This document shows positions 37,738-50,452 of a stretch of DNA of 64,000 nt, in pieces. The stretch is from the NCBI GenBank assembly GCA_964016885.1, contig OZ024743.1, positions 370,946,001 to 371,010,000 on the forward strand. The letters run 5' to 3'. The first letter of the stretch is position 1. Every line of letters starts with the position of its first letter. This stretch comes from Eledone cirrhosa. Its lineage: Eukaryota. Below the pieces are notes generated by a model. The model saw nothing but the letters and a program-made list of their open reading frames with translations, was not told the origin of the DNA and ran no database searches. The translations under genes were made by a program, and so were the position numbers.

Positions 37738-37897
37738 CCTGGCAGCGAAGTGGCAGAGCCATTAAAATGTTGGATAGAAAGCTTTGCAGTATTCATTCAG
37801 GCTCTTTGAGTTCTAAGTTCAAATCCTGCCAAGGTTAACTTTGCTTTTCACTCTTTCAAGGTTGATAAATAAAGTACCAGTCCAGTAATAGGGTTGA
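37738..37897 (+). mobile_element. Nin-domain tRNA SINE (old copy)
   Basis: B box gttcaaatc, followed by ggttaactttgcttttca..ggttgataaataaagtaccag. Confidence 0.75.
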
Positions 37898-38407
37898 TTC
37901 TTCCTCTATGTCTCTTTCTCATTTCCTCTCTATCACTCTCATTCCTTCTTTAGAGGAAATTGGCTGTGTTCAAACATGGAGAGGGATGGACTCTGCCAGG
38001 TTTAAAATGCCCAAGTAAGGTTGTATGTCACTACAGCACCCCTACAACACTACCAGGACTTATGGGTAGAAGAGAAAGAGATATGTCCCAATCTGAAGTT
38101 CCATGTCCCACATCCCACCAATGGAGCATGCACAACACCTTGAAAAACACTGCTTTAAAATAAACAGGTTTTCTGTCACAGAACCAGGAGCAGTTTCAGG
38201 CAGTTTGGAATCAAAAGGGTTAATTCTTAACCTTCTGTAATGATTTAGCAGAAAATATCTAAAGACTTTGATTTTTAATGTGATGCAGTCATAGAGTTGT
38301 TTTGCACTTTTCAAGAATGTCTTGCTAATGTGGTTTTATGTGGTACTGGAGACTAAGTACAATATTCTTCAAATGGTAAATGTATTAGCAAGAAGAAGAA
38401 GAAGAAG

Positions 38408-38440
<33 letters not shown>

Positions 38441-38797
38441 CTGCTGTCACTGCCACCACCACCATCATTACTGCTGTCTTTAGATGTTTCAGATGATAAA
38501 ATATTAATATACCAAACAGAAGATGAAACAAATAAGATAAAATATTTACACATTTTGAGGTTTTATTTACTTTTACATCTAATGAGCTTTAGCAGCGAGA
38601 AGATAGAGTGTAACATGATGCAAACTCTAGATTTTCCACCTAATGGCTTACTACCAAAAAGTGAAGGCACACATGGAGGTGATGGTTTCGTGGACCCTGT
38701 GGAATCAAGTAGCTTATCACACACCCACACACACACACAAACAAACAAGTAGAGCAAAAGGATTAGAAAAGAAATAACTACAAAACAGCATTATTTT

Positions 38798-38986
38798 GCA
38801 GTGAATTGGCAGTATCGGTAGAGGGTTGGACGCCATGCTTTCTAGCATAGTTACGTCCCTTTACGGTCTGAGTTAAAATCACGCCGAGGTCAACTTTGCC
38901 TTTCATCCTTATGGGGTCGATAAAATAAAGTACCAGTAATGTACTAGGTAATTGCTGGCCTTGTGCCAAAAGTAGAAACAATCATT
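38798..38986 (+). mobile_element. Nin-domain tRNA SINE
   Basis: ggtcaactttgcctttcatccttatggggtcgataaaataaagtaccag, with tail ggccttgtgccaaaagtagaaacaat. Confidence 0.82.
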
Positions 38987-39069
38987 TTGCAGGTAGAAAG
39001 GTCTCAGATTGTTAACTTTTGACATCAAATATAATACTAGAAAATATATAAAAAGAGGAATAATATATA

Positions 39070-39253
39070 CAGATAAAATTACGTCATAACAAATACCATT
39101 ATAACAAATTTTTTAGTATAACAAAATTTTTTCTCTCTCCGAGATAATAAAGACAAACGCTCGATTTATTTCGGTTGATCTCATTATAAAGAATTTTTTG
39201 TTACAACAAATTTTTTTATATCCTGTGAATTTCGTTATAATGGAATTTCACTG
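39070..39253. mobile_element. Probable Tigger/pogo-like MITE
   Basis: ta-CAGATAAAATTACGTCATAAC...GTTATAATGGAATTTCACTG-ta, imperfect TIRs. Confidence 0.5.
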
Positions 39254-39295
39254 TATAATCAATTACTAGATATATTTTTTTTTAAATTCTAGTTA

Positions 39296-39933
39296 TCATT
39301 ATCATCACCGTATAATGTCTTATTTTCCAGGCTTGCATGAGTCAGCCAGGTCATCCATGCTATAAGGCAAGTCTGGCCAGTTGGCCATGCCAAACCTTAC
39401 ACAAATGCGACTGCATTTTGACAGAGTTTTTTTACAGTTGGATGTGCTTCCTAACACCTATTGCGCTTACAGTGTGGAACTGGGTGGTCCAATTATGAGA
39501 GGTATATGGCCAATTGTCCGCGCCATAAACTGTGCACAAGCAAATCTGTATTTGGGAGCTGGGTGGACCCGTAATGAGGTAGGTTTGGCCAGTTGGCCAT
39601 GTCAAACCTTGCTCATAGCGGGGCCTGTGTTTTGGCTGGGGATTTTTAAGGTAACCACATTTACAGTGAGGGACTGGATGGTCCCACTTATGAGGGAAGT
39701 CTGGCCAGTCGGCCACATCGTACCTTACTTATACAGGACTGTGCCTTGGCTGGGTTTTTACGGCTGCTAGATGTCCTTCCTAATAGCAACCACATTTACA
39801 GTATGGAACTGTGGGTTCCCGTTATGGGGAGGGTCCTGCCAGTTGGTGCTCCAGACCTTGCTCATACCGGACCACGTTTTGGCAGGGTTTTTACGGCTGC
39901 TTAATGTCCTTCTTAACACCAACCACATTTACA

Positions 39934-39935
<2 letters not shown>
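39296..39935 (-). mobile_element. RTE-type 3' end (subfamily D) with large tandem modules
   Basis: Tail hairpin and (CAT)n. Three to four repeats of ttttacggctg..cttcctaa..ttacagtgtgg..atgag..ggccagttggcc. Confidence 0.75.
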
Positions 39936-39968
<33 letters not shown>

Positions 39969-40129
39969 GAGAGACAGATAGATTTCTTTATTAGCCACAG
40001 GGGCACAAAAGAAGGGGACAAATACAAAGGGGGAAGTTTACATACACTAAAAACGTGTAATAGATAGATAGATAGAGAGAGAGAGAGACCTTGCACATTT
40101 GCACCTCTCAAAAGTGATGACACAGGTTG

Positions 40130-40670
40130 AAGCCTACATCTTGTATGCACTACCATCCCCTTCCCCTTCCATACACCTCCACATCCTAACACTCCTCCCT
40201 TCCTCCACGTCCTTACCCTTTGCACCCTCCAAGTCGTAACACTCCACCCATGCCCTAACACTTTGCCTCTCACACACGTCCCTAGATATACCTCCCCAAT
40301 TCCCCCACCCACATTGTAAAATGGTTGTGATAGTGACACAACAAAAAGCACCCAGCCCACATAGTAAAGTGGCCATGTAGGTGTCACGACAAAAAGCTGC
40401 CAGCCCACATTGTAAATTGGTTGTGTAGGTGTCATGACGAAAAGCACCCAGTCCACACTGTAAAGTGATCGTGTAGGTGTCATGATGAAAAGCACCCAGT
40501 CCACACTGTAAAGTGGTCGTGTTAGGAAGGGTATCCATCTGTAGAAACCAAGCCAAAATCAGTTCTGTATGAGCAAAACATGGTCATCTGACCTGGCTTA
40601 GCTCATAACAGGACAACTCGTCTAAACAATGTGTGGAAAAATCGACATTAAACGGTGATGATGATGGTGA
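40130..40670 (+). mobile_element. RTE 3' UTR with a 5-unit array
   Basis: C-rich spacer, then repeats of aaaagcacccagtccacactgtaaagtgg, the ttaggaaggg motif and a tail. Confidence 0.8.
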
Positions 40671-40784
40671 TAGATAAGCATCACCCATATTTTAGAAGCA
40701 TTGTGTAATGTAGAATTCCATAATGTGAAACCTATTTTCCCATTGAGGTGTTCGAATGGAATTATATTTCAAAGAAATATATGT

Positions 40785-40975
40785 GGGGAAAATTGGCAGT
40801 ATCAGTAGAGTGTCAGGCACCATGTTTTGCAGCATAGAGTTATGGCCTTTTGCGTTCTGAGTTCAAATCCCCCTAAGGTTAACTTTGCCTTTCGTCCTTA
40901 CGAGGTCGATAAAATAAAGTACCAATTATGCACTGGGGTAATTGCTGGCCTTGTGCCAAAAGTAGAAACAATTAT
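40785..40975 (+). mobile_element. Nin-domain tRNA SINE
   Basis: Homologous to 38798..38986. Confidence 0.82.
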
Positions 40976-41067
40976 ATTTCAAAGAAAAACAAACAAATAA
41001 TGCAACCACATTTATGCATGAAAGTAAGAATTTTTAAACCCAAACAGTATAGTATCACCCCACTCCT

Positions 41068-41420
41068 CATCATCATCATCATTTAACATCCATTTTCTAT
41101 GCTAGCAAAGATCAGACGGTTCATTACAGACCAAGTTAATACCTAATCAGAGCTACTGATTTTGTGGAATGGTTAGGAGATGCATCTTGCTTACATAATT
41201 CTCTACAGAGTGTACTGATGCATTTTATTGTGGCACCAGCACTAGGAAGATTGTCCTGTCTTTGACACAACCGAAAAGTCCTCTCAACCCTTCATTTAGC
41301 AAGTTTTCTATGGTTCAATACCCTTCCTATCACCAATCTCTTTACAGAATGTACTCGGTATGTTTAACTGTGGCACCAGCACTAGAGAGTTTATAATGCC
41401 CTTGACACAACTGAGGAGTA
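41068..41420 (-). mobile_element. Old bipartite RTE-derived element (two 5' UTR modules plus tail)
   Basis: Two copies of tacaga.tgtact..tggcaccagcactag next to an RTE tail and (CAT)n. A related remnant is at 45690..45990. Confidence 0.6.
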
Positions 41421-41559
41421 CTCGCAAAACAGCTAATGTTCTGTGTGAACAAAAATAAGTTGTCTTATTATAATGAATGTGATAATGGAAATGAAAGGGG
41501 TGGAAGAGTGAGATGGAAGAAAGTACAGTATGATTAGTTAGTTGAAAGGACTACCCCTT

Positions 41560-41790
41560 GGTAGACATTAATTTTTGTTTCCAATGAGATTCTCCATTCC
41601 ACAGATGATGATGAAGTTTGCCAAAAGTGTATCCTCCACCAACCTCTTCCAGCTGAGAACAGCAAGGTGAGTTTCACTGAGTGTAGAAATGTCAGAACAT
41701 GAGATATTATTGCCAGGTTATTGGAATTGTTATCTTGGAATGTATGAACATTCCATGAACCAATGTCTAATTTCCTGTTACATTTTGTAC
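41560..41790 (-). mobile_element. Degraded BovB-like RTE endonuclease N-terminus
   Basis: LDIGSWNVHT...LSETHLA...LEEVGGGYTF across frameshifts. Its 5' UTR probably extends to about 42300. Confidence 0.6.
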
Positions 41791-42377
41791 CATAGTACTG
41801 GATAACCAGATAACAACATCAAGCTGCCAAGTTAGAGATATGAGTATCTTTTATTGCCCCCTCCCTGGTATAAGGAAAGTAGTGCTGTCTCTAAATAGAT
41901 CAGAATTGGCACCATTAGAGGACACAGACTACACAATTGCCCAAGGTTTTGTGTATGAACAGTTACCTCTAATGGCTATCACTATGTTAGAGCCCCAACT
42001 AGAGATGATTAATATCCCTTACCTGACACTGTCACCTTAACTCTCTCACCATGTTTGCTTACTTTTGGTGAAATAGTTAATTGCAGAAGTAATATTATAG
42101 CTGATGATTTGTTTTCAGTGGTGAAGGTGTGTGTAGGACTAGCCATTTTGGAAATGCTGATAACAAAGTTGACACAAACTTTTACCACAAACTCAATGAA
42201 CAACATACCACAGATATTTAAGAGTTCTTCATCCCCAGGTTAGTTGCTTTCACCATGGCTAAGAGCATAACTCAACCTGGTAGACTTCATGCATACCTGG
42301 GTACTAAACTGGGGATTTCTAAGCACTTGCATACACACACAAACATATATATGTATACATGTTTGAAAATACACATA

Positions 42378-43248
42378 CGAGGTGGTATCAAAAGGTTTGC
42401 AGGCTAGTTCTGTACTGTGCCAACAGATGGCAACACACAATTGCATGCACAGTGAGAGCTAGCAGAGACCTTCATGTGTCAGTGTGCCGAGTGACATCAC
42501 ACATTGTGAAATTTATGTTTTTGTGATTACATGTATGCCGTAACCTGCGATTTTGTCATGAACAGGAAGTTGGAACAAAGTGCCAATGTGAAATTTTACG
42601 TTCAACTTGGGAAGTCTACTACAAATACATTGAGCTTGCTTCGGAAAGCTTACGGCGATGAGGCAATGGGTTGTAGGCAATTTTTTGAGCTTCAAAAGCT
42701 GCTTCAGAGCTGCAGCTCTATTAAGAGCATGCTCATCATTTCGACATCTGCAGTATTATGCATCAAGAATTTGTCCCCCAGGGCCAGACCGTCAATTGAG
42801 AGTTCTACAACATTTTGAGACATTTGAGGGAGGACGTTTTCCGAAAGTGACCAGATCTGTGGAGCGCGAAGAATTGGATTCTTCATGACCATGTACCTTG
42901 TCACCGAGCGTTCCTCTCTCATGAGTTTCTCGCCAAAAAACAACATTGTATCGCTTCCGCACCCATCCTATTCACAACAGCGGACTTCCATCTCTTCTCC
43001 AAGCTGAAAATGCAGCTCAAAGGTCACCATTTTAACACTGCTGCCAAGATCCAGAGCAAATTGCAGAAGGTCCTTGTCTCACTTATGGAAAGCAACTTCC
43101 TGGCTGGATTTCAAAAGTGGCAAGAATACTGGGACTGGTGTATTGCTGTGCAAGGTGACTATTTCAAAAGAGATGATGTTAAAACTTAGGTAAATATATT
43201 AGTTTTTTTAAAACATAACTAGTTTGGGAACTTGTTGATACTACATCA
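42378..43248 (+). mobile_element. Internally deleted mariner transposon
   Basis: TA-flanked degenerate TIRs (cgaggtggtatcaaaag and cttgttgatactacatca). EQSANVKFYVQLGKS..AYGDEAM HTH, HPSYS..DFHLF, W..CIA.QGDYF. Confidence 0.85.
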
Positions 43249-43374
43249 TATACATATACACATACATTGAAAATAAAAAATAAAAAATAAAACTATTGAA
43301 ATAACTTGTCGGCACCAAATTTGGGGGATATTGACCCTACTTGGAAGGAAAAACGGCAAAACTGACCCAATAAT

Positions 43375-43449
43375 TGTTTCTACTTTTGGAACAAGGCCAT
43401 CAATTACCCCAGTGTATTACTGGTGCTTTATTTTATCAGCCCCGTAAGG
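43375..43449 (-). mobile_element. 5'-truncated Nin-domain SINE with 16-bp TSD
   Basis: Reverse complement of the SINE 3' end. aaactgacccaataat is at 43359-43374 and 43450-43465. Confidence 0.8.
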
Positions 43450-44210
43450 AAACTGACCCAATAATGTTAGTTGAATATGAATACTGTTAGTGAGTCCCTA
43501 AGCTGTATAAAGCTTGAATAGCCCTCAATAACAAATTACACCAGATGGTTTCACAAAAAAAAATGAAAACACACAAGCTATTGAACTATTTTGAGGCCTT
43601 TGTAAATTGTGAAGCCTGTGCTTATTTTGCTTAATGGTTAATTCAAGGCTGCTGTTAGGTACTCAGACTTCCTACTACGGCTCCTGCTTATTTTAATGAA
43701 CACAGAGGAATAAAAGACAAAGTTAACCCAGAAAGATATGCAGACTAAAGACATTTGCATAAATCTGAATATTTAGTCTAATACACTAACTACAGTGCCA
43801 GCAATTTCTTCTTACCAATAATGTAAATTTGGTGAAGGTATCGTGAATTACATGAATTTTAGTTGTGCATATATGGTTTAGAATAGGTACACTGTATCCC
43901 TGCATGTCATAAGTGGCAAACTATAAGTATTGGCACTAGAAAGGGCATCTGACCATAAATCACTGCTTCAAAATGACCTTATGAAGTGTATGAAACCTTT
44001 CATGAGCCCTGCTTTAACAGAGAAAAACAGACTTAAAATACTTTTTGCTACTACTCACAATGCATTACTGATAATAATGATGAGGTAGACAAAGACAAGT
44101 GTAGTCAATCAACTGAACTTAATACTACAAATGGCATTTTTCTTGTAAACCCTGAAAGTATGAGTGGTTGAAACAACTCTATTGAGATTTGAATTCACAT
44201 ACAGCAATCC

Positions 44211-45686
44211 TCATCATCATCATCATCATCATCATCAGGTTTAGCGTCCGTGTTCCACGCTTGCATGGGTTTGGACGGGGGTTTTCCCACTTGAGGCAAG
44301 AGTGGTTGTCTTGCTCGCATAGGACTGTCTGGCGGGTTTTCTACAGTTGGATGCCCTTCCTAACACCAACCACATTTACAGTGTGGGGCTGGGAGGTTTT
44401 TACCGTGTTGCCTACACGGCCACATTACAGCGTGGACTGTCTGGCGGGTTTTCTACAGCTGGATGCCCTTCCTAACACCAACCACATTTACAGTGTGGGG
44501 CTGGGAGGTTTTTACCGTGTTGCCTACACGGCCACATTTACAGCGTGGACTGTGTGTTTTTTGTCGTGACACCTACACGATCTCATTTGTTTCGGCCTGG
44601 ATGTTGTGGGACCAACATAACTTTACATTGAAAGGGGCGGTGTGGGTGGGGTGGAGGTGGTGGGACGGGGGTGTGTTTTGATAGAGGTGCCTACTGACTG
44701 TAGTAGGTTTTACTTTGTATTTAGGTAAGGCGGGTCTTCTCTATTACTGAGTACCGCCAAAGGTCTCGGTCCAGTGACATTGTCTTGGAGAGGTGTAAGC
44801 GTGTGAGGTCGGAATTTATCAGCTCGTCCCATGTTTTTCTGGGTCTGCCTACTCCGTGGCTACCGTCTATCTTTATTGCCCTGCACTTTGTTATACAGCT
44901 GTCGTCTTTCATGCGCATCACGTGACCGTACCAACGTAGCCTTCTCTCGAGTAAACAACATCTGATCCCTCTTATTTCTAATTTTTTCCTTAGTTCGTTT
45001 ATGCTTTGCCGTTCACGTATATTACTATTGCACATCCAGCGGAGCATGCAAGCTTCGTTCCTCTCTAGTCTGCGTATATCCTCTGCACACAATGCCCAGG
45101 TCTCACTGCCATGCAGCATTGCTGTTCGTATGCAGGCATCGTATAACCTGCCTTTCATTTTTAGGGAGAACCCTCTAGCGGCTAATAGTGGTATAAGCTC
45201 TCTGAACTTTTTCCATCCAGTTCTGACTCTAGCTACTGTACTTTCAGAGCACCCTCCCCCACTGCTGATTTTGTCACCCAGATAACGGAAGCTGTCCACT
45301 ATTTCTATAGAACCCTCTGCGCAGTTGAAGGAGCTAGTATTTTGTGGGCACTTGCTGCTACTTATTGCACCAGAGCACCGGCCACATGTAAAATCTATGT
45401 TCTTAGTTAGCTTACCTGTGATCCCACTACATCTTTTATGCACCCATACTTTGCATTTGGGACATAAAATGGAGTTTCTACCTACGCCTTTCCTACACAC
45501 TGAGCATGGCCATTTCCCCGATGGGACCGCCGCCTTATTTTCTTTCCTACAAACTAGAACTTTAGTCTTAGCCAGGTTAATTTTAAGGCCTTTTGATTCT
45601 AGGCCGTGCTTCCACGTTTGGAATTTCTTCTCTAGTTCGGTCATTGATTCAGCTATGAGCGTTAGATCATCTGCGTTAGATCATCT
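44211..45686 (-). mobile_element. Young 5'-truncated RTE subfamily C
   Basis: Open ORF 44721..45644 including the PHD. Truncated at ADD with a 14-bp junction duplication. 112-bp duplication in the 3' UTR. Confidence 0.95.
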
Positions 45687-46618
45687 CCATAATTTCATGC
45701 CCACTCCCCATGGTGGCACGAGTTAGACGGGTCACCAAAGCCAGAGACTACATGGGTTGAAAAACCACATCTTGCTAATATATTCCATATGTTGGCATGT
45801 TTTCTACAGCTTGATACCCTTCTTAATACCAACTACTTGCAGTGTATACTGGGTGCATTTTATCTAGGCACCAGCACTACCACTTTATAGAGTGTACAAG
45901 GTGCATCTAATCATGGCACCAGTATTCCCAATTTACAAAGTGTACTGGGTGTATTTTATCAAGGCACTTGCCCTCACACTTTACAAATAATGTATTGAGT
46001 GAAACTGAGGTTATCCACTACAAATTCTACTATTTCTTTGCTATCTGAACTCCCCACCATGTGTAGGCACAAAGGAAGGAAAGAAAGTAAGTCAATTAAA
46101 TGGACCAAGATATATCCATGCTAGCATGGAAGATAGATGTTAAACGATGATGATGATGATATCATAAGTATTTATTCTACTGACTCTAGAAAGGCAGCCT
46201 CTAGCAGCTGTTAAAACTTAAGAGGAAGGATATGTGGCCTTCTTGACCTTCACCTGTAAGACCTATAAAATAAAAAAAAAGATAAATAAAAAAGGGATAG
46301 AGCCCTATGCCCCCTTCCCCTCTGTCCACCACTTCTGGCAGCAATACATTGCACGTTCATCGATTCTGGACCTGTCCCATGTTATAGACCTCCGAGGAAG
46401 AGATTTTATCTTGAAATATCAGGACACATAAATAAATAAGTAACACATAACATCTTGTTTAATCTTATTTTCTTGTTTGTCCATTTCGCATTGTCGTGAC
46501 CTTCAAAGTTCACATTTTTCTATATATATATATTTATTTTATTATGGCTAAATAATGAGTCGTGTTACTCTGGAGTTTCACCTGTTCATCACAGACAAAA
46601 ACTTATATGGATATGGAG

Positions 46619-46647
<29 letters not shown>

Positions 46648-46649
<2 letters not shown>

Positions 46650-47985
46650 AACAGAAGTATCCGGTGCTGCCCGGGTTAAAGAGAATAATGAAATTTCATT
46701 CAATACTTTTTCTAGGGTATATTCAAAACTTCTAATATAGCTGTTTCTTGTAGTTCCAATATGATTTCATACGTTGTTTCTTTATTCCTTTCATATCTTG
46801 TCTGTGCTTGTGTTTTCATATCAATAATGAAATACAATTGTAAATATTTTGTTTCTTCTTCTGAAAGTGGCTGAAGTGGTCTAATTTTATGGTACATTTG
46901 CCCTTAGATCTTGAAAGTGGGTATAAAGCCATTTTCATGGATGACATTTGCACCAAATGGTGTCATTTGGAATGCATTATTGTACTTAGGGATATTGATT
47001 CAGTAGTTGTACCAATCAGCAGTCTCCACAAGGGTTCTGGTGGTTCAAGTAACAGTCTAATCTTAATCTTTCCATTTAAACAGCACAATCCAGTTGAATT
47101 ACCATTCCAATTTTTTAGCACCACAATTTGAACAAATTAAAGGTTCTGAGTTATAGTCATGATGTGGATTGTAACTATAAGCAGTAAAATTCCACTCAGC
47201 AACCTTTTTAAATCGTAAATCTCTGTTCAACATTTGGGTTGTTTAAGCTTCAGGTTCTTCATGCCACGTTTGAGCTGCTCTATTTCTCTCCATTTGCTGT
47301 CTTAATGATTTTCGTATATCTGATTCCTCTTGTTGAATAGTTGCTTCCATTGTTCTATCTTCAGCAAGCCTTTTTGATCTTTATTCCTCTGATTCATTCT
47401 GTCTATTCTGTGCACTTCTTATGCCTTGATGATCTTTGTGCATATGATTCTTTCTCTGTTTTGTGCTGTAGTTTCGTACATCTAATTACTCTTGATGAAT
47501 AGTTGCTTTCCTTGTCCTATCATCAGCAAGCCTTTTTGATCTTTGTTCTGATTTATTTTGCCAATATTTTGCTGTTGCTTTTCTTTGTTTCTGCTCTTCT
47601 CAATGTTGTCTCATTCTCCCTTTGCAGCTGCTCTGCCACAGCTTTATGAGACTTTCTTCCAAATGAAGGTCTATTTTTCGGTGGTATTTTTTGCTTGCAG
47701 CTTCCAATGTTACTGTTATTTATCAAAAAATCAAAAAATGTTCTGTTAGTGATGGATCTAAGTCGAGTCAAATTTTGTTGAATGAAGACTCACTGCATTA
47801 ATTTTCAATTAATTTTCAGAAACAATAACCAAAACTAACCAAAATGAATATGCAAAAAAATATTACAGGTTTCACAAGTGTTATTTTTAGTAATGTTTAG
47901 TAATGTTAAATAAGGAATGCCAAATTTAATGAGAGGCTGATACACACACACATACATATATACACACGGAGCTATATATGAAGAT
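46648..47985 (-). mobile_element. Internally deleted Helitron (N-terminal Rep-associated region)
   Basis: CSNCGAKK, EPPEPLWRLL, AFQMTPFGA, PTFKI.GQMYHKI..LQP..KYLQLYF. 3' hairpin cccgggcagcaccgg at about 46660-46675. Confidence 0.8.
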
Positions 47986-48529
47986 AGCCATTTGGGACAC
48001 GTGCCACTCACTTGTTTTAGTCTTGCCTCCTTTCATGCAGGAGAGAGTGCCCTTCAATACTGAAGCAAGCATGTGTTTCTTGCTTTTGTGTTGGCTACTA
48101 AGTTGAAAGCATGTCGCTCACTTTCTTCATTTTTTTATCTGTTTCTTTCCCTACTCATTCATGCATTGTTAACTTACTTGCTTAGTTCCATCTTTGGCTT
48201 TCAGAGCTCTATTTAATTTCTTGTGTGCTGACTTTCTCTCAAATTCTCACTTCTTCATTCTCTCTATTTTCCATCACATTCCATTGTAATGAAGACGATA
48301 AACTCACAACAACCAGTTACAAAAGATTGACAGACAAACAAACAAACAAATGAATATAGGTCCAAGTGTGAGGAAAACCTATTCCTGAGTCTAAGGAAAT
48401 CACATGCCAAGTTTGAACATGATTGGTCAATTGGTTTTTAAGTTCATAGGAAACAAATACTCAAACATACGAGCTATTTTACATATATATGTATGTGAAT
48501 ATACATATATATATACACAAGTGTTTTAA

Positions 48530-48740
48530 CCCTTTAACATTCACATTATTTTATATATACTATTATATTTTAATGGTAAAAGCTTTACCTCACATAATTA
48601 TCTCACATAATATCGAATCTATGAGATTTTCAAAGTATTTATTTTGAAAATAATACCTTAACATCAGTTTGAGCTACCAGTTACAGCCAGTTTCAACAGA
48701 AAGAGGTAGAGAATTCTGGCCGGTTTGAACACTAAAGAGT
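48530..48740. mobile_element. TTAA-type MITE
   Basis: Third copy of the 19594/24784 family. Confidence 0.78.
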
Positions 48741-49599
48741 TTAGGTGATTTTTCCTGTTCAATAAGGGGGCAAGCTATGGAGAGGCTCCTTGACAAGTTT
48801 TTCTCCATTGTCTGTATCCTCCACCCCCCACCCCCACCCAACATTTATTTTCTCCTCAAGCACCTTTAACCACAACTTCCTTGGTCTTCCTCTTCCTCTA
48901 CATCTTTCTACCTTCATTGTATGCATATATGTAAATAAGACTCAAATAGTTAAACCTGAATGTAAATATATCTAGAACTAACTTGAAATTATCCACAAAA
49001 CAAGATTGTTTTATGTCCTAATCCATAAACAATATACTCAGAAAAACAAAGCCAACTATAAACACAATACCTACATTAAATCTCAGACAGTGTCCATATT
49101 TCCTGAAGGATAGCTATAAAATACAATAAAATATTTGAATCTAGACTCAGCTGTCTCAACTATTTTCATTGCCCCACAAGAGAAGTATATCTTTTGACTG
49201 GTCACAGGAGAATATATTTTATAGTATAAGGGATCAGTGAATATATTACTAAGGGTTCAGTTGACTCCACTATATTGTAATGCATTTAGTCCACTGCTCT
49301 ATTGTCTCAACTATTCTACAACTCTCTAATAAGAACAATAACAATTAGAAAAAGAAACAACTACGATGAGACCCCCGCTTACAAGGAAGTCAATAAGGTG
49401 TTTCTTACCATGTTTCTTTGTCTCACATGATTACAACTCACACTATAGAAATGCTATGAGTGTGTATGTGTGAAAGAAAGAGAAAGAGAAATATAAGATA
49501 CAGATAGACAGAGATACATAAAGATAGCTAGATATGTGCACACTCACAAATATATATAGAAAACGTGTGTGTGCATAACTGTAGCAGTAATATATATCC

Positions 49600-49810
49600 T
49601 TCGTAATTAAATGTATTTTCCTTCGGCGGAAGAAAAATGTTACGGAAGTAAATCGGCTGAAGTGTGAGCCAATCAAAACCTTCGGCGTAGCGATACAAGT
49701 AACTGGACTACTTAGACCAGAGAACGGAAGTAAGACAGAAGACCAGTCTCCAGAAAAATCTGCTATCGTCAAAACGTTGATTCTTCGATACGCCATATCC
49801 TATCGTATCT
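49600..49810. promoter_or_regulatory. Candidate TATA-less Pol II promoter
   Basis: 14 CpG in about 210 bp. ETS-type CGGAAG at 49627, 49643 and 49725, NF-Y box AGCCAATCA at 49667-49675, CGCCAT at 49791. Confidence 0.5.
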
Positions 49811-50402
49811 CACACATGGAAATACAGGCAAATTGAGTTTCACAGTGTGAAGCAAGAATAAATGAAGTACATACTTGTAATGGAGTTTGTCTATTTAATT
49901 GCCTTCTGATTTAACGACTTACATTCTTCATTATATATCTAGCTATCTTTATATATCTCTGTCAATCTATATCTATCTGTCAGCTTTTCTTGCCTCTTTT
50001 CTCTCTATCTGCGGGTCTCTCTCCCTCTTTCTATATATATAGGAAAAATGAGAGAGAGAAGATGCAAGATATCTAAAATGTATGTTGTGACAAGAATCAT
50101 ATCAGAGCCTTTTTTCTTGGCCCTTGTTTCACCAGAGAAATTTAGCAGTGTTTTCATACAGAGTAACACAACTTAGTTGGAATATAAACAATAGTGTTAT
50201 GAAGAGGCCAGAGGAACATTGGGAAAGAGAGAAAGAAGAAATCAGAGATATCAACACAATAATATTGTAGATTAAAGTCTTGCGAAAATACACACACAGA
50301 CATATATATCCAAATGTATATGCACACACACATATATATGTACATATATGTACATCATCATCATCATTTAATGTCCATCTTCCATGCTAGCATGGGTTAG
50401 AC

Positions 50403-50452
<50 letters not shown>

